NCBI GenBank assembly: GCA_002706065.1
Contig: PAJM01000036.1
Coordinates: forward strand, 1 to 63,374
Source: Methanobacteriota archaeon
Lineage (GTDB): Archaea > Thermoplasmatota > Poseidoniia > Poseidoniales > Poseidoniaceae
DNA: 63,374 nt
Reading direction: 5' to 3'
Shown: piece after piece, positions 57,361-63,374 of the stretch
Layout of the letters: each line of letters begins with the position of its first letter
Numbering within the stretch: the stretch's first letter is position 1
Position numbers and translations under genes: made by a program
The notes under the pieces: generated by a model
The model's database searches: none
What the model saw: the letters and a program-made list of their open reading frames with translations, nothing else
What the model was told of the DNA's origin: nothing

Positions 57361-58170
57361 ATGGGTGAAGGCATCAAACTCCCCGTCATTAACGGGCTCG
57401 GGCGGACCGACCGCATCGACAATTGGTGGGCACAACCGTTCTGGATGGGGCTCGCACTCACCGCTGCGCTCGTCTACACTGCGTGGCGCCTCATCCTTTT
57501 CCCGGAGAGCATCTACTACAACCTTGAAGGGTCGACTGTCGTGTCACCAATCTTTTCACCAAACATCCTCGAATGGAGTTTATTCGGTCTGAACGAATGG
57601 GAACATCCGAGTTGGGTCAATGCGGCTATTCTTGTCTTGTGGATTCCGTTTGGTTTCCGAGGAACCTGCTATTATATGCGTCGAGTCTACTATCGAACCT
57701 TTTTTCAATCACCGACAGGGTGTTGGGTTGATGAGCCAGAAATCAACAAACGAATCGGTTACGGCGGTGAGAAGCGTTTGTTCATCTTCAACAATCTCCA
57801 CCGTTATTTCCTCTATGCCGCGATGATTATCATTATTATCAAGTGGTGGGACGTTACGCACACGTTGCACTTTGATGCGGGCTGGGGATTCTCTCTGGGA
57901 ACCTTCATCATGGCAACGGAGGCGTTCCTCTTGACCATGTACGTAACATCATGTCACGCTCTTCGTCACCTTGCAGGTGGCAGCCTTGACCGGTGGGTAA
58001 GTGGGATCTCTGCTTTCCGAGGTCGCATATTCAAGCGGATTAGTTTGTTCAACCGATCTCACGGATTCTGGTTCTGGGCAAGTCTTGGCTTCGTTTTCCT
58101 TGGTGATCTTTGGACCATCGCGGTTGCAGAAGGGCACATCAGTGACATGGCCTTCGTTTTGGTGGGGTGA
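57361..58170 (+). CDS. Succinate dehydrogenase membrane anchor, Mycobacterium Sdh1 (Rv0249c)-like
   Basis: FRGTCYYMRRVYYR, NLHRYFLY, TSCHALRH, NRSHGFW; first gene of the sdh operon. Confidence 0.8.
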   Translation: MGEGIKLPVINGLGRTDRIDNWWAQPFWMGLALTAALVYTAWRLILFPESIYYNLEGSTVVSPIFSPNILEWSLFGLNEWEHPSWVNAAILVLWIPFGFRGTCYYMRRVYYRTFFQSPTGCWVDEPEINKRIGYGGEKRLFIFNNLHRYFLYAAMIIIIIKWWDVTHTLHFDAGWGFSLGTFIMATEAFLLTMYVTSCHALRHLAGGSLDRWVSGISAFRGRIFKRISLFNRSHGFWFWASLGFVFLGDLWTIAVAEGHISDMAFVLVG

Positions 58171-58174
58171 AGAA

Positions 58175-60028
58175 ATGAGTGAACCCTACACCAGACACGA
58201 ATACGACGTTATCGTCATTGGAGCAGGTGGAGCTGGACTTCGTGCTGCGATCGAAGCTGCGCGATGCGGTGCTAAAACAGCCATCATTACGAAATCGCTC
58301 CTCGGCAAGGCACACACGGTTATGGCAGAGGGTGGTTGTGCTGCTGCTTTGCAGAATGCAGACCCTCGAGACAATTGGAAGGTTCACTTCCACGACACCA
58401 TGAAAGGAAGCAAGTGGCTTGCGGACTGGAGAATGGCTGAATTCCATGCAAAAGAGGCACCCGATCGAGTTCGTGAACTCGAACAATGGGGCGCAGTCTT
58501 TGATCGAACACGAAAACAGTTGATCAATCAACGCAACTTCGGTGGACACACCTTCCCACGTCTTGCGCACGTTGGTGACGCTACTGGGCTCGAGATCATC
58601 CGTACGCTCCAAGAACGAGGCATCCATGAAGGCATTGACATCTTCATGGAATACACAGTTCGCCATCTCTTGAAAGAAGGGGACCGAGTCACAGGATGTG
58701 TCGCTTACACCCGTGTTGACGGAGACTTCCATGCCTTTTCAGCAAAGTCTGTTGTTCTCGCAACAGGAGGAAGCACCCGCTGTTGGAGTGTTTGCTCTGG
58801 CTCGTGGGAATACACGGGAGACGGTCATGCACTTGCACTGTGGGCAGGTGCTGAACTTCGCGATATGGAATTTGTCCAGTTCCATCCAACAGGGATGGTT
58901 TGGCCTCCTTCGGTTCGTGGGATTCTCGTAACAGAGGGTGTTCGTGGTGAAGGCGGTCGGTTAACGAACAGCGAAGATGACCGATTCATGTTCAACTACG
59001 TTCCGGAAATGTTCCAAGGTGACCATGCTGAAACAATTGAAGAAGCCGACCAATGGGTTGAGGAAGTTGTTAGTGGCAAACTTGCAACGGTTCGTCGACC
59101 TCCTGAACTCTTGACACGTGACGTTGTCGCAAAGGCCATCAAGGCTGAGGTTGAAGCAGGCCGTGGTTCGCCCCACGGTGGCGCCTTCCTCGACATTTCA
59201 CATCGTGGTGAAGAAGCGATCAAGAAGAAGCTTCCATCCATGTATCACCAATTCATGGAATTGGCTGGAGTTGACATTACAAAGGACGCCATGGAAGTCG
59301 GCCCAACTGCGCACTACATCATGGGTGGTATTCGTGTCGATGCAGAGTCACAGGAAACCACAGTCCCAGGCCTCTACGCATGCGGTGAAGCCTCTTCTGG
59401 GCTGCATGGTGCGAACCGTCTTGGCGGGAATTCGCTGTCTGATCTTATCACCTTTGGAAAGCGCGCAGGAGAATATGCTGCAAAGCGAGCCAATAACTTG
59501 GCCCAACCAAGTATCGATGGTTCACAAGTCAGCAAAGCCATCGAGGATATGATTGCACCATTTGCTCGAGAAGGTGGAGAGAATCCGGGCATGATTTACG
59601 ATGAGATGCGTGAAATGATGCAACTTAAGGTTGGAATCATTCGAACCAAGCATGAACTTGAGGAGGCGTTGGTTGACCTCACTGCATTCAAAGAACGAGC
59701 AATGGAGTCCTTCCCAGGTACAAGTCGTCGTTACAACTCTGGTTGGCATCAGGCGCTTGATTTGATCAACATGGCAGACGTTTCCCATGCATGCGCACTC
59801 GCTGCACTTACTCGTGAGGAGAGTCGTGGTGGGCACACTCGCGATGATATGCCAACACCTGAAGATGAATACTGGGGCAAGACGATCAACATCATCTGGA
59901 TGGAAAATGGTGAAATCAAAATTCGACAAGAACCAGTCGAAGAGATGCGCGATGATCTTCAAGCTGCAATCAAGGAAGTCAAAGCCATGATTGCGGAGCG
60001 TGCCAAAGAACAAGGAGGTGACGACTGA
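58175..60028 (+). CDS. sdhA: Succinate dehydrogenase/fumarate reductase flavoprotein subunit
   Basis: IGAGGAGLRAA, KAHTVMAEGG (FAD His), QFHPTG, TEGVRGEG, HYIMGG, HGANRLGGNSL, REESRGGH. Start at MSEPY. Confidence 0.95.
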   Translation: MSEPYTRHEYDVIVIGAGGAGLRAAIEAARCGAKTAIITKSLLGKAHTVMAEGGCAAALQNADPRDNWKVHFHDTMKGSKWLADWRMAEFHAKEAPDRVRELEQWGAVFDRTRKQLINQRNFGGHTFPRLAHVGDATGLEIIRTLQERGIHEGIDIFMEYTVRHLLKEGDRVTGCVAYTRVDGDFHAFSAKSVVLATGGSTRCWSVCSGSWEYTGDGHALALWAGAELRDMEFVQFHPTGMVWPPSVRGILVTEGVRGEGGRLTNSEDDRFMFNYVPEMFQGDHAETIEEADQWVEEVVSGKLATVRRPPELLTRDVVAKAIKAEVEAGRGSPHGGAFLDISHRGEEAIKKKLPSMYHQFMELAGVDITKDAMEVGPTAHYIMGGIRVDAESQETTVPGLYACGEASSGLHGANRLGGNSLSDLITFGKRAGEYAAKRANNLAQPSIDGSQVSKAIEDMIAPFAREGGENPGMIYDEMREMMQLKVGIIRTKHELEEALVDLTAFKERAMESFPGTSRRYNSGWHQALDLINMADVSHACALAALTREESRGGHTRDDMPTPEDEYWGKTINIIWMENGEIKIRQEPVEEMRDDLQAAIKEVKAMIAERAKEQGGDD

Positions 60029-60795
60029 TGTCCCTCAAAGGAAAAAAGCAAGCGTTCAAGCTCGCTCGTGGAGAAGACGGGGAGACCGCTCTAACGGAGT
60101 ACGAAATTACGCTCGATGAGGGCATGGTCGTACTCGATTGCATGCACCGTATCCAGCATGAACAAGAACCTGACATGGCCGTTCGTTGGAACTGCAAAGC
60201 AGGAAAATGTGGTTCGTGTTCCGCAGAAATCAATGGACGACCACGTTTGATGTGCATGACTCGAATGAGTGATGTTGTTGCAGAGACGCCCGAGGGCAAG
60301 CCGATTGAAATTCGACCCATGAAGACTTTCCCGCACATCAAAGACTTGGTTACGGATGTTTCTTGGAACTATGATGTTGCACAACGCATTGCACCAATTG
60401 ATGGACCCGAATCAATGGATTGGGAGTTCAACCAAATGGAAGCAGATCGAGTTCAACACTTCCGTGAATGCATCGAGTGCTTCTTGTGTGTCAACACATG
60501 TCACGTCCTTCGGGATCACCAAATGTTCGATGAGTTCGCTGGACCTCGAAATCTTGTACGACTTGCACAATACGAAATGCATCCTCTCGATACTGAAGAT
60601 CGTGTCCCAGAGATCAAGAAGGAGTTTGGAATTGAATACTGCAACATTACACGATGCTGTACGGAAGTTTGTCCTGCTGGAATTCAAATCACGGATGATG
60701 CCATCATCCAACTGAAAGAACGTGTTGTCGATCGATATTACGATCCCCTACAACGTATCTGGAGATCGATTACTCGACAAAAAGTTCGTTACTGA
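60028..60795 (+). CDS. sdhB: Succinate dehydrogenase iron-sulfur subunit
   Basis: CKAGKCGSC...C, CIECFLC..C, CNITRCCTEVC; TGATG coupling. Confidence 0.95.
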   Translation: MSLKGKKQAFKLARGEDGETALTEYEITLDEGMVVLDCMHRIQHEQEPDMAVRWNCKAGKCGSCSAEINGRPRLMCMTRMSDVVAETPEGKPIEIRPMKTFPHIKDLVTDVSWNYDVAQRIAPIDGPESMDWEFNQMEADRVQHFRECIECFLCVNTCHVLRDHQMFDEFAGPRNLVRLAQYEMHPLDTEDRVPEIKKEFGIEYCNITRCCTEVCPAGIQITDDAIIQLKERVVDRYYDPLQRIWRSITRQKVRY

Positions 60796-60849
60796 ACGCC
60801 CGTTTTTGGGTACTAAGATTCGGTGTATCGAATCCTAGCGTGTACTGTT

Positions 60850-61014
60850 TCACTCTCCTGCTTGAATTTCAGCCATGCGGTCGCTTAGGAGAATCAATGC
60901 TGATGCCCAAAGGCCGACAAAGATTCCCAAGTTCTCATCATGCGCAAAGTAAATTGCGATGCTTCCGAGAATCGAGACAAGACTTGCTCCAAAACCTAGT
61001 TTTTTCCAATCCAT
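60850..61014 (-). CDS. 54-aa small 2-TM membrane protein (below the ORF-track cutoff)
   Basis: MDWKKLGFGASLVSILGSIAIYFAHDENLGIFVGLWASALILLSDRMAEIQAGE; AAGGAGGTGA RBS at 61021-61030. Confidence 0.8.
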   Translation of the reverse strand: MDWKKLGFGASLVSILGSIAIYFAHDENLGIFVGLWASALILLSDRMAEIQAGE

Positions 61015-61020
61015 AGTGTT

Positions 61021-61058
61021 TCACCTCCTTGTTAAGAAATCAACGTCAAAGATATAAA
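61021..61058 (-). promoter_or_regulatory. TATA box (TTTATA, 61053-61058) and strong RBS AAGGAGGTGA for the 54-aa gene
   Basis: Minus strand reads GATTTATATC...AAGGAGGTGAAACACTATG. Confidence 0.6.
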
Positions 61059-61121
61059 TCGCTGTTTCAGAGATGTTGTCAAAGGGTTGACGAAAATCAA
61101 ACCGAAGATTTGGTTAATCCG

Positions 61122-63374
61122 ATGAAGCGTGGGAAAATCATGGCGGGGGACCTGCAGCACATCCACGACCCCGCCAAAGCCGAGGAATTTGCTCGTGCTT
61201 TAGGCCTCAAGATTGGCGGAGGGGGGCATCCATTTGCAGGGCCATGGGGTACAAAAGGACTCTATGCATACAGGTCAGGAAAATACAATGGTATGGCTTT
61301 TTTTGGCACAAACGGAGATGAAAGAAGTCGTCTCAGGATGCCAACTGAATCCGACCAGTATCGACCATGGAATCGTTACGACTCCTACATTCCAACACAA
61401 ATTCAAGAAAAACTGATCGCCTTAGAGGATGATGATTCTACGAGCATCGGCCAGGCAATATGGACGAAACCCCCAGAAATATCTTCGCCGAAACACATGC
61501 ATGAAGGAAAAATAGCACTCAAGAGCGTCCATGGCAAGTTTCTGAGTGCACAGCCTGACGGACGAGCAGAGTGGAATCGCGGCATTGCAAGTGATTGGGA
61601 ATATTTCCATCTCGAGAGACGGGAAGATGGTAAAATCACACTCAGAAGTACGCACGGTATGTACGTTTCAGCACAACCTGATGGGACGGTGCAAATCAAT
61701 CGCCAAGCGGCACCACCAACTGGATGGGAGGAGTTCACGGTCGAAAACCGTGGCAACAATATCGTCTGTTTGATGTCTTGTCACGGTAAGTACCTGAGTG
61801 CCCAGCTCGATGGCACAGCACAATGGAACCGTGACCATGCGCCAAAAGGCGGCTGGGAAGATATCCAGTTCATACAACAAGGTGGTACAGGCCAAGTATC
61901 CGACGACTCTCAAATTCAAAGTCACATCAACGCTAGTCGTTTCTCCACGTCTGCTTCAGATGAATCAATTCAGGTGCTGGAAGCCGTGTCCGGTAAGCCC
62001 GTTCGTTTCAAACTCAACAATCCGCCAAGCCACAACGAAGCTTGGGTCGGCATTTATCCAAAAGGCGTGAGCGATCAAAATCATGGAGCGCAGAACCAAC
62101 GGTGGAAATACATCAGAGACATCGACGTGAACAACGTGTCGTTAACAATCGGGAAGTGGGATGAAGGCCATTGCGACATACGTGTCTTTTCCGATGGCGG
62201 ATTCACGATGGTCGAACGAAAAGATTTCTTTATTCAATCGACGCATAAAACCCACTCAACCGACGCTGCAACTCGAATCCAAGAGCACACTCCCGTCAAA
62301 CAGCAAGAACCCATTGAAATGTTAGAGGCTGTAAGCGGTAAGCCCGTTCGTTTCAAACTCAACAATCCCCCAAACCACAACGATGCTTGGGTCGGCATCT
62401 ACCCTCCACACGTGAGCGACCAAGACCACGGAGCGCAAAACAATCGATGGAAATGGCTTCGCAACATCGATACCAACAATGCATCACTCCCAAAGCAAGC
62501 AACAGGCCTTTGGAGCATACGGGTGTTCTCTGACGGAGGACATACGCTTCACGCACGGAAAGACTTCGTTGTGAAACCGGTCAAGCCTGTTGACCCGGCC
62601 GTTCTAGAATCAAGTCGGAGATCGGCATTGATCGCTTTGGTCATCGGTATAATTCTGCTTGCGCCAGGCGTTCCGTTGTTCATTCTTGGTTTGGGTGAGG
62701 GTCTCAGCGAAGGCATGACCTCCGCAAGCTTAGAGATTGAAGACGTCGACGGTCAAGGCGATTTGGGATGGGGGATTTATGTCGAGGGGAGCCCCGTTGA
62801 TTTCAATTCAAACGGCATTTATGACCACTGTGAAGACATCATCGTGAACGCTACCCACACAGGAAGCTGGATGTCAGACCCGTGGACGGGATATCAGAAA
62901 GTCAACCCTCCAGATGAAAGTCGACAAGTCTTCGAAGATATCGGCTGCAAATCCAGTGATCCCGTCGACCAACGCCATCACGATGGAAGAGACCTCATCA
63001 GAATAGGACAAGCATGCCACGGTTGCATGGCAGGCACAACAACCATCACGATACAAAACCAAAACGGTGATACGCTCAATATGTGGATTCAAAGCGAGGA
63101 GAATAAGGAAACCCTTGGGATGCTCATTCCCGGCGCCATATTCATGGGTATAGGCGGCTTTACGTTCATTGTTAGCCTTGTCATCCTTTTGAAAACGGGA
63201 TTCAAATCCAATGCTCTCTCATCCTCCAAGAGAAGAGCGGCCGCTGCCACGGGCGTAGGCATAACCTTGGTCATCATGGGTTTACCGCTTCTCATCATAG
63301 GAGCTACATCCACGAGCGAGGACAGACTCGCAATGTTAATTCCAGGTGCGGTAATGTTTAGCATTGGCGCATTG
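61122..63374 (+). CDS. Multidomain membrane protein, truncated by the window end: fascin-like beta-trefoil, two tandem ~90-aa repeats, TM hairpins
   Basis: Translated by hand: 751 open codons from ATG 61122 with no stop. Repeats IALKSVHGKFLSAQPDG / ITLRSTHGMYVSAQPDG / VCLMSCHGKYLSAQLDG. Confidence 0.88.
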   Translation, partial: MKRGKIMAGDLQHIHDPAKAEEFARALGLKIGGGGHPFAGPWGTKGLYAYRSGKYNGMAFFGTNGDERSRLRMPTESDQYRPWNRYDSYIPTQIQEKLIALEDDDSTSIGQAIWTKPPEISSPKHMHEGKIALKSVHGKFLSAQPDGRAEWNRGIASDWEYFHLERREDGKITLRSTHGMYVSAQPDGTVQINRQAAPPTGWEEFTVENRGNNIVCLMSCHGKYLSAQLDGTAQWNRDHAPKGGWEDIQFIQQGGTGQVSDDSQIQSHINASRFSTSASDESIQVLEAVSGKPVRFKLNNPPSHNEAWVGIYPKGVSDQNHGAQNQRWKYIRDIDVNNVSLTIGKWDEGHCDIRVFSDGGFTMVERKDFFIQSTHKTHSTDAATRIQEHTPVKQQEPIEMLEAVSGKPVRFKLNNPPNHNDAWVGIYPPHVSDQDHGAQNNRWKWLRNIDTNNASLPKQATGLWSIRVFSDGGHTLHARKDFVVKPVKPVDPAVLESSRRSALIALVIGIILLAPGVPLFILGLGEGLSEGMTSASLEIEDVDGQGDLGWGIYVEGSPVDFNSNGIYDHCEDIIVNATHTGSWMSDPWTGYQKVNPPDESRQVFEDIGCKSSDPVDQRHHDGRDLIRIGQACHGCMAGTTTITIQNQNGDTLNMWIQSEENKETLGMLIPGAIFMGIGGFTFIVSLVILLKTGFKSNALSSSKRRAAAATGVGITLVIMGLPLLIIGATSTSEDRLAMLIPGAVMFSIGAL
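61991..62368 (+). repeat. Intragenic duplication with an identical 33-bp core (61991-62023 and 62336-62368), 345-bp offset
   Basis: CGGTAAGCCCGTTCGTTTCAAACTCAACAATCC occurs twice in frame. Confidence 0.9.

Noticed and set aside
61213-61416. Track ORF MAEGGIHLQ, or a frameshift at the G6 (61221-61226) or T7 (61298-61304) runs
   Set aside because: The frame from ATG 61122 is open throughout, so no frameshift is needed; the runs are too short to claim phase variation.
63012-63027. c-type heme motif in the terminal ORF
   Set aside because: The sequence is ACHGCM, which is CxxC without the following His.

Overview
Gene-dense archaeal chromosome segment, most likely Marine Group II Euryarchaeota (Ca. 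Poseidoniales, Thermoplasmatota). This is inferred from archaeal markers (Alba, Bud32, group II chaperonin, CDC48/VAT, DUF6015-like protein, GGAGGTGA-type RBS, TATA boxes) mixed with many bacterial-type enzymes and secreted peptidases. It holds about 55 CDS and one tRNA-Gly(GCC); I saw no rRNA, CRISPR array, integrase or transposase. Best leads: (1) a Roadblock/LC7 gene translationally coupled to a ~1040-aa DUF2226-like/Roadblock/DUF2226-like/coiled-coil protein, behind a palindrome-rich intergenic region; (2) an Mrp/NBP35 ATPase lacking its CxxC motif next to a CPCxxC DUF971 gene; (3) a >751-aa ORF missed by the ORF track with a fascin-like beta-trefoil, tandem repeats and duplicated TM hairpins; (4) an iota-class carbonic anhydrase-like gene; (5) an agmatinase-AdoMetDC-like-DHS operon with no spermidine synthase; (6) a Mycobacterium Sdh1-like succinate dehydrogenase; (7) five convergent gene pairs whose stop codons abut with zero spacing. 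All family assignments come from motif recognition by eye; no database searches were run.
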